DNA from: the human T2T-CHM13v2.0 reference genome, Homo sapiens
NCBI RefSeq assembly: GCF_009914755.1
Contig: NC_060929.1
Reading direction: 5' to 3' (one strand)
Length of the DNA stretch: 64,000 nucleotides
In this document: positions 32,177 through 52,339 of the stretch, one piece after another
Layout of the letters: each line of letters opens with the position of its first letter
Numbering within the stretch: position 1 is the first letter of the stretch
Position numbers and translations under genes: made by a program
Notes under the pieces: model-generated
What the model saw: the letters and a program-made list of their open reading frames with translations, nothing else
The model's database searches: none
What the model was told of the DNA's origin: nothing

Positions 32177-32182
32177 AATAAA
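32177..32182 (+). terminator. Proximal candidate poly(A) signal AATAAA
   Basis: Hexamer 4 nt after the stop codon, followed by GU/U-rich tgttttctgttgg. Confidence 0.45.
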
Positions 32183-32675
32183 GGATGTTTTCTGTTGGAC
32201 ATGTACTGAAAATTAACACATGTAGTAGCCTTAAAATTTTAGACTTCTCGAACATGAGGCTGTTACAGTAATTTTTTTAACACTGTGCATTGTACTTTTC
32301 TACCTTAAAAAAATCAGTGAGGATATTTATTTAATGAACATCAATTCCTTTTAAATTTTCTTAGAGAAATTTCTCTGTGGCTCAGTTTTACCACCCATAA
32401 AGCGGAGACAGTAATTTATGGTTATCCTTTCTGACCCACAAAGTATGAAAAGTTCTGTAATCTGTAAACTCAGTTCTGTAATCTGTATTATTGAGATGAT
32501 TAATATAAAGTTGTATTTTCACTGAAATGATTGTTTTGCTGGTTATGCTTGGTGATATTTTAGCGGGCTTATTTTTGAAAGGCATCTGTTACTTCAGTGG
32601 CATAAAGTGCCCTCACACTGCTGTGCAGCCATCACCACCATTCATCTCCAGAATTTGTTCTCAGTCCCAAACTGA

Positions 32676-33038
<363 letters not shown>

Positions 33039-33079
33039 ACATCTCCTTATTCTTAAATGTATGTGTTTCTCATGGTTTG

Positions 33080-33903
33080 ATTTATTCTTGCTGGGCCATT
33101 TCAGCCCCTGTCATGGCTTCACTCGCCATCTAAATGCAGATGATTACTGCCTTGACGGTTCTTAACCCAGCTCTCCCCTGAGCTGCAGGCCTGCATATCC
33201 AGTAGGTCTACTGGACATCTGTACTGGTTGTTGTGGAGGAACCTCTGGCTTGCTCATTAAGTCCTACTGATTTTCACTATCCCCTGAATTTCCCCACTTA
33301 TTTTTGTCTTTCACTATCGCAGGCCTTAGAAGAGGTCTACCTGCCTCCAGTCTTACCTAGTCCAGTCTATCCCCTGGAGTTAGAATGGCCATCCTGAAGT
33401 GAAAAGTAATGTCACATTACTCCCTTCAGTGATTTCTTGTAGAAGTGCCAATCCCTGAATGCCACCAAGATCTTAATCTTCACATCTTTAATCTTATCTC
33501 TTTGACTCCTCTTTACACCGGAAAACGGCTCCAGCTGTTCTAGCTCTCTTTCAGTTCTTTGAACCTTCCCACCTTAGGGTCTATAAGGTTCCCTCTGCCC
33601 AAATTGTTCTACTCTCCCTTCTTCTTCAACACATCCTTCAGTTTAAGCACTTGCTTCTCTCAGTTTAAACTCCACTTCCTTAGGGATGTCTCTGTGACCT
33701 CCCTGTGCTGGATTAGCTTCCCTACTCTATGCTCTTGTAAAACACTATCTACTTCCTTTGTCATAAACTCATCATTTTCCTATAAACATTAATATTGTCC
33801 TCCTGCTAGAATGTAAGCTCCGTGAGAGCAAGGATCCTCCTGTTTACCCTGTACCTCCAATGTCTGGCACTTGTAGGTGCTCAAATATTCGTTGAATGAA
33901 TGA
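33080..33903 (+). mobile_element. L2 3' portion in the 3'UTR
   Basis: ctagaatgtaagctccgtgagagcaagg...gtaggtgctcaaatattcgttgaatgaatga, L2 terminus. Confidence 0.8.
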
Positions 33904-33996
33904 AAAATCCATATTGTAATTGATGTCCTCTGGCCACATAGTTTTAAAATTAGGTGATTGATTATATGACCGAATAGAACTATCAAATGTTTTCCT

Positions 33997-34002
33997 AATA
34001 AA
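33997..34002 (+). terminator. Distal poly(A) signal AATAAA
   Basis: Canonical hexamer, CA about 15 nt downstream, then TTTGTGTGTG downstream element. Confidence 0.75.
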
Positions 34003-34355
34003 GTCAATATTTCAAACATTTGTGTGTGATATTTAGTATTTTAAACATTTGTGTGTGATGTTCAATGTGTACCAGGAAGTCAATTTAGTTTTTGTGGGGA
34101 GAATATAGATAGATGATCAAATTCAGTGGTAGGTTACATTTTCAGAAGCAATACATTAAGTATATTAAAATAGTAATATTAAAATTTTAATGAAAATGCA
34201 CATCTATGTCAAAATGATTTTCTATATAAAGACTAGGTAATATTCCTTTGGTAGGAACCATTAACAAGTCAAGGATTCATGGATATTTTAGGACTGCTTT
34301 TGCTTTTCTGGGAAGAAACTGTCCATCAATAAAACCACATTTAAGTGAATTGGAT

Positions 34356-37829
<3,474 letters not shown>

Positions 37830-38359
37830 CTAAGTGACCATGTCACATTAGCAACGAGTTGTGAAGACTGAGCATTAATGCATGGGAGGTCACGGTCGTG
37901 GAGAGAACACTGGGCGGGGTGTGGACCGGTTTCGCTCTAGTTCAGCTACTAACGCGCTGTATGAACCTGAGGAGGATGGGAGGGGATTAAAATCAGCCTT
38001 TCTGGCCCAGTGATTGTTTTCCTTCCCTCCTTCTACATGCCTAAGTCTTTTCTCCACCTCTCCAGATTCCCTCTTTCTCTGCTAGTGGATGGCTAGGGAA
38101 GGTGGGCCGAGGGGTGAGGACTGGAGGGAAGGGTAGATAGGGTATGCTGAGAGCCTTTTTTATTCCACAGGAAAGCATGTACCTCAGGGCTCGGTGGGAC
38201 TCATGGTGGCAATCATTTACCAGGAAGACCCATTCTCCAGTTGGTCACAGCTTGTTTTGTTCAAATGAGCATACATTTACCGAGGGCTCACTATGTGTCG
38301 GGCTTCGGGATGGTACACAAAGATAAGAAGACGTGGCTCCTGGCCTGGTGCAGTATCTG

Positions 38360-38780
38360 GTCAGTGACTTGAGGGTTATCTTCAGCCTCTTGGTACCCCT
38401 CTGTCTTCTTTTGGTAACTGTACTTTCATTCTCTTTGGGAACTACCCCTCTCCTGTTCTGCACAGTCTTGGCCAGTGTGGCAAGCAAAGAGCCCTGGACA
38501 CCAAGGGCTGGACACATGTTGAGGCTTGGCCAGGTGGACTCTCTCAAGTGCTTTGACTCATTAGCAGAGAGACAAAGATGGAAGACGAATGACACTGAGT
38601 TCAAGTAGACCTGAAGAAGCTGTTCGTTCACTCACCTCTGCTCCAGGGTCCCTGGCACAACCCTGATTACTGAGAATCTGTGAGTCAGAGGCATCTGTAT
38701 CCTTCCAACAATCTTATTTATTGATTTATTTAGGAGAGTCATGTTTCAATGCTTGTAGCAACCAACCCTACCTGGCAACA
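38360..38780 (+). mobile_element. Old ERVL/MaLR-type solo LTR (subfamily uncertain)
   Basis: ttctctttgggaactacccctctcc near the start and agagtc..gtttc.atgcttg.a.caacc at the end resemble LTR33/MLT1 termini. Confidence 0.45.
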
Positions 38781-38989
38781 TGTTCTTCTGCAAGCCAGAG
38801 GTTACAGTAAGTCACTCTATGTTTTCAAACTTGGTGAAAGAACGATGGTATAGACAGAAGAGTAAACTGAGAATTTTGGTCCTCAAATACACAGAACATT
38901 CAAAGGAGGAGGGTTGTGGCTTCTCACCACCATCCCCAGTGAGGATGGATTGAATGTTTATTTTTTAAATGTAAATTAGTTAATGATTG

Positions 38990-40235
<1,246 letters not shown>

Positions 40236-40651
40236 CACAGAGGAAGGCTAGATCAGTAGATTTCAAAATGGGCACTGTTCATTTCAAGACACTTTCATGA
40301 ATTTAAAATCTTAAATTTTACATTGTGTACAGTTTTTCCTGATAGAGCTCACAGCGCAGATAAAAGTTGGCCTTATTTTGGTTTCTTGACCTACCTCGTT
40401 TCAGGCAAACTGCTGGAAGTGGGTACCGATAGCTAAACATTTCTAAAGAGATCCCTGGTGATGGAAAGAAATGAGATCAGAGCAAAAACAAACAAGCAAA
40501 GACAAGGATTTTATATAATGGGCCATCACAGTAGCTGGCATTTTGCTTCCAAAGGATCATCTCCAGAGTCATTTCTGCTCTGGTGGCTTTGTTGTAACTT
40601 CTTAGTGGATTAAACAGAGGGTTTAGGTCTCTGAGGATTCTTGCCCATTCA

Positions 40652-41730
<1,079 letters not shown>

Positions 41731-42329
41731 CTAGAGATTATTTTTTGATCAAATATATTCGTGTCACAATTAAATTGGGTCCATAAAGATGTCAGTCTCA
41801 TTTCAGTTAAACAAACACACAAGTGATGAAAAGAGCAATTATTTCCCCTGAGCTTTTAGGAAGCCCCTGGGATGGGCTGGTGTGGTGTGCATTTAGTCCT
41901 GCTTCTGGCAACTGTATCCTCTTACTTGCTCAGTCCAGAAACGTGAGTGTCATTGTGATTCTTCCCTCTCTCTTACCCTGACATCCAGTTGCTCTATAAA
42001 TCTCATTGATTCTGCCTCATCAAAAGCTAAGTCCTCTTCTGTTATCACTGAACTAGCCTCAGCGTAGGCCTTTATTCTCTCTTGGATCAGTGTAGAGCCC
42101 CCTAACCAGTTTCTCTGGTTATCGGCCATCAGCCATTATTTCATGAATTCACCCAACAAATATACTGCATGAACATTTCTCATCTGGCCTTGAGCCTGTC
42201 TCTTCAATTACCATCTTCTGCGTAACCCCTTGAGCCATCTGTCTCGAACAGATCTGATTTTACCCAAGTTTGTCTGACTCCAGAGCCACGCTTTCCCCAG
42301 TCCACTCACAGCCTCACAATAAAGGATGG

Positions 42330-44645
<2,316 letters not shown>

Positions 44646-44939
44646 TTAGAGAGGGTATTCAGCAAAGTTAATTCAAGATAGAGAAAGCATCTAACAACAC
44701 TACATTGGAATCCTTGAGAACTTTTGGTGTGGAATATGCTTTAATTAGGTTAGTTTAATTCTTTCATTTTCTAGAAACTAGGTATTAGAGATGAGTGATC
44801 AAGAGCATAAGAGCATAAGCTTTAGAATAAAATAAACTTGAGTTTATGCATTGCCCTCACCATTATTAGGATTATGAAGCTAGAAAGTAATGACCCATCT
44901 GAGCCTCATTTCTCCATCTGTAATAACCTCTCACTGGTT

Positions 44940-45200
44940 TTAATTTTTTTCTTTAAAGACTGGGTCTCAGTCGTTGCCCAGTCACAATCACTGTAACCTC
45001 AAACTCCTGGGCTCAAGCAATCCACCTGCTTCAGCCTCCCGAGTAGCTAGGACTATGTGTGCACCAGCAAACCTGGCTAAGTTTTAAAATTCTTTGTAGA
45101 GTTGGGGTCTCACTGTGTTGCCCAGGTGGGTCTTGAACTCCTAGACTAAAGCAATCCTCACAAAATGCTGGGATTGCAGATGTGAACCACCGTGTCTGGC
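44940..45200 (-). mobile_element. AluJ-like, inside a MIR
   Basis: Diverged antisense Alu. Confidence 0.85.
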
Positions 45201-45599
45201 TTTTTATATGAGTATTTATTGTGTTACTATATGTAAAGTACTTAGCATGTATATGTGCTCTTCATTATGATTTTTATTAAGTTATTAATTTAAACAAGCA
45301 TCAGCTCTGCATTGCTACACTCCCTACTCCTCCTGTGCTCTTGGAGTATTCTTGAGAACTCTGTAAATGTCATGGAGCACGATGGTGAGTTCTCAGAGGC
45401 CAGGCACTCTCCCCATATTTCTGTAAGTTTACTGGAAATACCTTTTTATGTGTGTCTCATGTCTTGACGATTGGCATTTTCTTGCCTTCACCTTCACAAA
45501 TTGAGAACTAAATATTTTCTCTACATATTTTGATCAAAAGTATCCGTGGATATAATTTGATTTCCTGGACTCATTGCCATTTTTTGGATTTAGTGTTAT

Positions 45600-46133
45600 C
45601 ATAGAGCGGGTGTCTGTTAGGTGTCTGCCCAGCATCTGTTCCTGTTTCTCTCCTGCAGAACTCCAGTTGTTTTTTCTTTTGTTATTCATACCTACAAATG
45701 AATCCACATGCCTTGGGAAGCCAGTGAACCCACAGCTCCAGATGGGCCTGACTGGTGAAAAACTTCCCATTCTCTTTTCCAGGGATTGGCATGAAGGGAT
45801 GTCTGTTGAGCGGCGGTTGTAGGAGACATTTCTTTGCCCCAAGGAAAAGCTAGAAAATTTGATCTCTTTCTTCTCCGGGATCTGGTCATGTGGACATGTG
45901 ACTCTGGGATCTGTGAAGCCTTGTTGCTGCCAGTTGGAGGATGAAGCCAACACTGAGGAGGCCGAGCAGGATGAGGGATCTATCTCCTTGATCCTGCCAT
46001 TGAGCCATGGACCCACTGCCTTGAAGCTGCATCTCTGGACTTTACACTGCGTGAAATAATACATATCTTTAATGTTTAAGCCATTTTAGTTGTGTTTTCT
46101 ATTACTTTAGCTAAAAGTACCATTACTAATACT
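45600..46133 (+). mobile_element. MLT1 (MaLR) solo LTR
   Basis: 3' end tttaagccattttagttgtgttttctattactttagctaaaag...actaatac matches MLT1 termini; ggaggatgaagccaacactgagga core. Confidence 0.75.
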
Positions 46134-47520
46134 GATGTCTCTGCTTTCAGCGATGCATCCCAAAAGCAGTGGGAGGATTAAAAAAATATTCTGTAATCGC
46201 AATGAATTGGGGAAGGAATTTTCTCCTCTTGTAAGAAAGAATTACTTCCTAAAAAGTTTCTCAGAAGCCATTTTTTGGAATGTAACTCTAAAACCTTTCT
46301 TAAAATAGAAACTATCTACATACCTGTATTATGCTTGATATGTTTGATCTATAGCTCTCGACTTTTTTTGAGACAGTGTCTTGCGATGTTGCCCAGGTTG
46401 GATTCAAACTCCTTGACTCAAGCAATTCTCCCACCTCAGCCTACTGAGTAGCTGGGACTACAGGTGTCCACTCCCATGCCTGGCCCTATCTATATTTTTT
46501 GGAGAGGCGACACATAAAGTTAGTAAGCATATCATAATTGGGGACATATCAACTCACAGAAAACAAACATTTCAGGATTGTGTTAGTCTGTTGGTGAATT
46601 CTTCTCTTTTTCCTCCTCTTTTCCTCCTCCTTCCTCTCTTTCTTTATCCATACTTTCTACATAAACATTTTGGGATAAAATTTGAGAAGGAATATTTTAA
46701 AATGTGATTTGCAAGCTGGATCAGTTTTAAGACCGAGTTTGCTAGCCCTTGATTATCTCCCTGTCCACATCTTTTCCATGCATGCCAGCAGGGAAGGGGC
46801 ATGAAAGCAACGAAGGCCTTTTGAAGGGTGCTCCCATCCACACCTATTCTATCCACACCTTTATCTCATGGCCATTAAACCCCAGGCATCCATTCTGGAC
46901 TCTGGTTCTTAGTGGAAGACGTTTCTTTCCTGCTAACCATACAGATTGGGCTTAGTGCAATCTGGGGCTATTTATGTCTCCATATCCCAAGGCAATGATG
47001 ATAACTGATAGCATAGTGAATCAAAGAAGCCATGTTAGTGTGCTGTCCCACTGCTTGACAGCTGTCTGAGGGATTCACTTATATACTCTCACTGCTGGAG
47101 CTTCAGCAAAGGTGACTCTGAAATTGCATGGTGAAATTGATCCTGGGCCATTCAGTGAGGAGACTCACGCATGTGGGAGGCTCATCTCCCAACCAGTCTC
47201 CCACAGTCCTGTGTCCCACCCCTCCCCCCGCCCTCCAATGCTCTCTTCACATTGCAGACCCTCCTGGCACTCTTAAAAATGATTTTTGGTCATGCCACTC
47301 TCTTTCGCTTAAATACCTTTGTTAGCTCCCTGTCACTTAGGGATAAAATTTAAATGTCTTTCCTTGGCATCCCTGAGTGTTTTGAGCCTGGCTTACAATT
47401 TAAAAATTTTTTAGAAAATCAAATAATACCTACCATGGTTAAAAAATAAATAAAGAGGCTCAAAACAGTCCCTTGATCCACCTTTCTCATCATCCTTTAT
47501 CCATAGAGACCCTCACTTTT

Positions 47521-50298
47521 TTATTTTTAATTTTCGTGGGTACATAGTAGGTATATATATTTATGGGTTACATGAGATATTTTGATACATGCATGCAATG
47601 TGTAATAATCACATCAGGGTAAATGGGGTATCCATCACCTCAAGCATTTATCCTTTATGTTACAAACAATCCAATTATGCTCTTTTAGTTATTTTAAAAT
47701 GTACAGTTATTTTTGACTATAGTCACCCTATTGTGCTAGCAAATACTAGGTCTTATTCATTTTATTTTTGGTACCCATTAAGCATTCCGCCTGTACCCCC
47801 AAAACCCACTACCCTTCCCAGCCTCTGGTAAACATCCTTCACTCTTTATCTCCATGAGTTCACTTGTTTTACGTTTTAGCTCCCACAAATAGGTGAGAAC
47901 ATGTGAAGTTTGACTTTCTGTGCCTGACTTATTTCACTTAATATAATGACCTCCATTTCCATCTATGTTGTTGCAAATGACAAGATCTCATTCTTTTTAT
48001 GGCTGAATAGTACTCCATTGTGTACCACATTTTCTTTATTCATTCATCTGTTCATGGATAGTTAGGTTGCTACCAAATCTTGCTATTGTGGATAGTGCTG
48101 CAATAAACATGGGAGTGAAGATATTGCTTTGACATACTGATTTCCTTTGTTTTGGGTATATACCTAGCAGTGGGATTCTAGACCATATGGTAGCTCTATT
48201 TTTAGTTTTTTGAGGAACCTCCAAACTGTCCTCCACAGTGCTTGTACCAATTCACATTCCCACCAACAGTGTATGAGGGTCCCCTCTTCTCCACACCCTC
48301 ACCATTGTTGGTTATTGCCTGTCTTTTGGATAAAAGCCATTTTAACTTGGTGTGAGGTGATATCTCATTGTAGTTTTCATTTGGATTTCTCTGATAATCG
48401 ATGATATTGAACACCTTTTCATATACCTGTTTACCATTTGTCTTCTTTTGAGAAATGTATATTCAGATCTTTTGCCCACTTTTAAATCTGATTAATAGAT
48501 TTCTTCCTATATAGTTTAGCTCCTTATATATTCTAGTTATTAATTCTTTGTCAGAGGGACAGTTTGCAAATATTTTCTCCCATTCTGTGGGTTGTCTCTT
48601 CACTTTGTTGATTGTTTCCTTTGCTGGGCAGAAGGCTTTCGACTTGGTGTGATCTCATTTGTCCATTTTTGTTTGGTTGCCTGTGCTTGTGGTGTATTAC
48701 TCGAGAAATCTTTGCCCAGTCCATTATCCTGGATAGTTCCTCCAGTGTTTTCTTTTAGTAGTTTCATAGTTTGAGGTCTTAAATCTAAGCCTTTAATCCA
48801 TTTTGATTTGATTTTTATATATGGCAAGAAATAGGGGGTCTAGTTTCATTCTTCGGTATATGGATATCCAGTTTTGCCAGCATCATTTATTAAAGAGACT
48901 GTCTTCTCCCCAATGTGGGTTCTTGGTACCTTTGTCAAAAATGAGTTCTGTAGATGTGTGTGTTGTTTCTGGGTTGTCTATTTGGTTCCATTGGTCTATG
49001 TGCCTGTTTTTATGCCAGTACCATGCTGTTTTGGTTACTAAAGCTCTGTAGCATAATTTGAAGCCAGGTAATGTGATTCCTACAGTTTTGTTCTTTATGC
49101 TCAGGATAGCTTTGGTTATTCTGAGTCTTTTGTGGTTCCAAATAAATTTTAGCATTGTCTTTTCTATTTCTGTGAAGAATGTCATTGGTATTTTCATAGG
49201 GATTGCATTGAAACTGTAGATTGCTTTGGGTAGTATAGACATTTTAATAATATTGATTCTTCCAATCCATTAACATGGAATACTTTTCCATTTTTTGGTG
49301 TCCTCTTTACTCTCTTTCATCAATGTTTTGTAGTTTTCATTATAGAGACCTTTCACTTATTTGGTTAATTTCTAGATATTTAATTTTATTTGTAATGATT
49401 GTAAATGGGATTACTTTTTCAATTTCTTTTTCAGATTGTTCACTGTTGGCATATAGAAATGCTACTAATTTTTGTATGTTGATTTCATATCCTATGACTT
49501 TACTGAATTTGTTTAACAGTTCAAATAGTTTTTTGGTGACATTTTAGGTTTTTTTCAAATATTAAATTATATCATCTGCAAACAAGAATAATTTGACTTC
49601 TTTCCCAATTTGGATGCCCTTTATCTCTTTCTGTTGTCTGATTGCTCTAGCTAGGACTTCCAGTACTATGTTGAATAACAGTGGTGAAAGTGGACATCCT
49701 TACTGTATTCCAGATCTTTGTGGAAAGGCTTTCAGTTTTTCTTCATTCAGTATAATACCAGCTGTGAGTCTGTCATATATGGCTTTTATTATGTTGAGGT
49801 AAGTTTCTTCTATACCGAGTTTTTTGAGTGTATTTTTTTTTTTTATCATGAAGGGATGTTTAACTTTATCAATTGCTTTTTTCAGCATCAATTGAAATGA
49901 TCATATGGTTTTTGTCCTTTATTCTGTTGACATGATGTATTACCTTGATTGATATACATGTGTTGAACCATCTTGCATCCCAAGGATAAATCCTATTTGG
50001 TCATGATGAGTGATCTTTCTAATGTGTTGTTAAATTTGGTTTGTTAGTATTTTGTTGATGATTTTTGCATCAATATTCATCTGGGATTTTGGCCTGTAGT
50101 TTAGTTTTTTTTTGTTTGTTTGTTTGTTTTTAATATGGTCAGGATCTCCCTATGTTGCCCTGGGTGATCTTGAACTCCTGGCCTCAAGTGATCCTCCTAC
50201 TTTGGCCTCCCCAAGTGCTAAGATTACAGGTGTGAACCATTGCACCTGGCTACTTTTCTTTCTTTCTTTCTCTCTCTTTCTTTTCTTTTCTTTCTTTT

Positions 50299-50369
<71 letters not shown>

Positions 50370-52036
50370 GTTCTTTCTTTCTTTCTTCTTTCTTTTTCTT
50401 CTTCTTCTTCTTTTTTTTTTTGATACGGAGTCTCTGTCTGTCACCCAGGCTGGAGTGCAGTGGCGCAATCTCGGCTCACGGCAAGCTCCGCCTCCCGGGT
50501 TCACGCCATTCTCCCGCCTCAGCCTCCTGAGTAGCTGGGACAACAGGCGCCCGCCACCGCGCCCGGCTAATTTTTTTTTTTTTTTTTTGTATTTTTAGTA
50601 GGGACGGGGTTTCATCGTGTTAGCCAGGATGGTCTTGATCTCCTGACCTCGTGACCCGCCCGCCTTGGCCTCCCAAAGTGCTGGGATTACAGGCTTGAGC
50701 CACGGCGCCTGGCCTCTCTCTCTTTTTTTTTTTGGTGTGTCTTTGGCTAATTTTGGTATCAGGATAATACTGGGCTTGTAGAATCAGTGTGGAAGTATCC
50801 CCTAGTCCTCCATTTTGTGGAATAGTTTCAGTAGGATTGGTATTCACGCTTCTTTAAATGTTTGGTAAAATTCAGCAGTGAATATTGGGTCCCAGGCTTT
50901 TCTTTGCTAGGAGATTTTTGTTATGGCTGTGATCTCATTGCTTGTTACTGGTCTGTTCAGATTGTGTATTTCTTCATGGTTCAATATTGGTAGGTTGTAT
51001 GTGTCCAGGAATTTATCAATTTCTTATAAGTTTTCTAATTAGTTGGCATACAGTTGCTCATAATAGCCTTTAATAATCCTTTGAATTTCTGTGGTATTGG
51101 TTGTAGTGTCCTCATTTTCCTCTATGATTTAATTTATTTGGGTCTTCTCTCCTTTTTTCTTAGTCTGGCTAAAGGTCTGTCAAATTTGTTTATCTTTTCA
51201 AAAAACCAAATTTTTGTTTAGTTGATTTTTTGTATTGTTTTCTCCATTTCAATTTCATTTATTTATGCTCTGATCTGTATTATTTCTTCTACCAATTTTG
51301 GGTTTGGTTTGCTTTTGACTTTTCTAGTTCATTAAGATACATCAAGTCAGGCACAGTGGCTCACTCCTGTAATCCCGTCACTTTGGGAGGTTGAGGTGGG
51401 AGGATCACTTGAGCTCAGGAGCTCAAGACAAGCCTGGGCCACACAGTGAGACCCTGTCTCAATAAAACATCAAAAAAATTATCTGGGCATGGTGGTGTGT
51501 GCCTGTAGTCCCAGCTACTTGGGAGGCTGAGGTGGGAGGAATATTTAATTTCCGTGTGTTTTTATAGTTTCCAAAATTCCTCTTGTTGTTTATTTCTAGT
51601 TTTATTCCATTTTGATCAGATAAGATACTTGATATTATTTCCATTTTTTGAATGTTTTAAGACTTGTTTTGTGGCCTAACATATGGTCTGTCCTTGAGAG
51701 TGATCCATGTACTGAGGAGGAGAATGTGTATTCTGAATATCCATTAGTTCCATTCAGTCTACAGTGCAGATAAAGTCTGATGTTTCTTTGTTGATTTTCT
51801 ATCTGGATGATCCCTCCAATGCTGAAAGTGGGGTGTTGAAGTGTCCAGCTATTATTTTATTGAGGTCTATCTCTCTTTTGAGCTCTAATAATACTTGCTT
51901 TATATGTCTTGGTGCTCCAGTGTTGGGTGCATATGTGTATACAATTGTTATATCCTCTTGCTGAATTAACCCTTTCATTATTATATAATGACCTTCTTGG
52001 TCTCTTTTTATAGTTTTTGTCTTGAAATCTATTTTC
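47521..52036 (-). mobile_element. L1MA (L1MA1-3-like), 5'-truncated within the ORF2 endonuclease domain, interrupted by Alus
   Basis: 3' end gtgggtacatagtaggtatatatatttatggg; ORF2 fragments 48883-49242 ([13 protein letters not shown]...[16 protein letters not shown]) and 49700-49891; degenerate TSD agagaccctcactttt (47505-47520) / agagatacttactttt (52037-52052). Confidence 0.93.
50105..50714 (-). mobile_element. Alu monomer (~50105-50251), (TTTC)n tract (~50254-50420) and AluY (~50412-50714) with expanded middle A tract
   Basis: Read directly. Confidence 0.92.
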
Positions 52037-52339
52037 AGAGATACTTACTTTTAACCATTTCTATATTTTGTTCTTTGGTGATTACAATATCCCTATATGA
52101 ATGTCTATATTACAATTTCATTGCTTTTCAACCTTAGAAATTTTCTATTTAATTTTTGCTGTGAAAAATCAACATTTGAGTTTAGTTACACAATCAACCC
52201 CCTCCATTCTCCCCTCAATATAGTTATAATACCACAGATTCATCATCTTTTATCCACAGTTTTATCATTGAAAGGCCACTAAGTCTAAAAGGTTTTCTTG
52301 GTGGTGGCAGAGTAAGTTTGGTGCCCAAACCAACTTCAT

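Noticed and set aside
45534-46064. 176-aa minus-strand ORF
   Set aside because: Antisense to an MLT1 LTR, with no protein homology recognised
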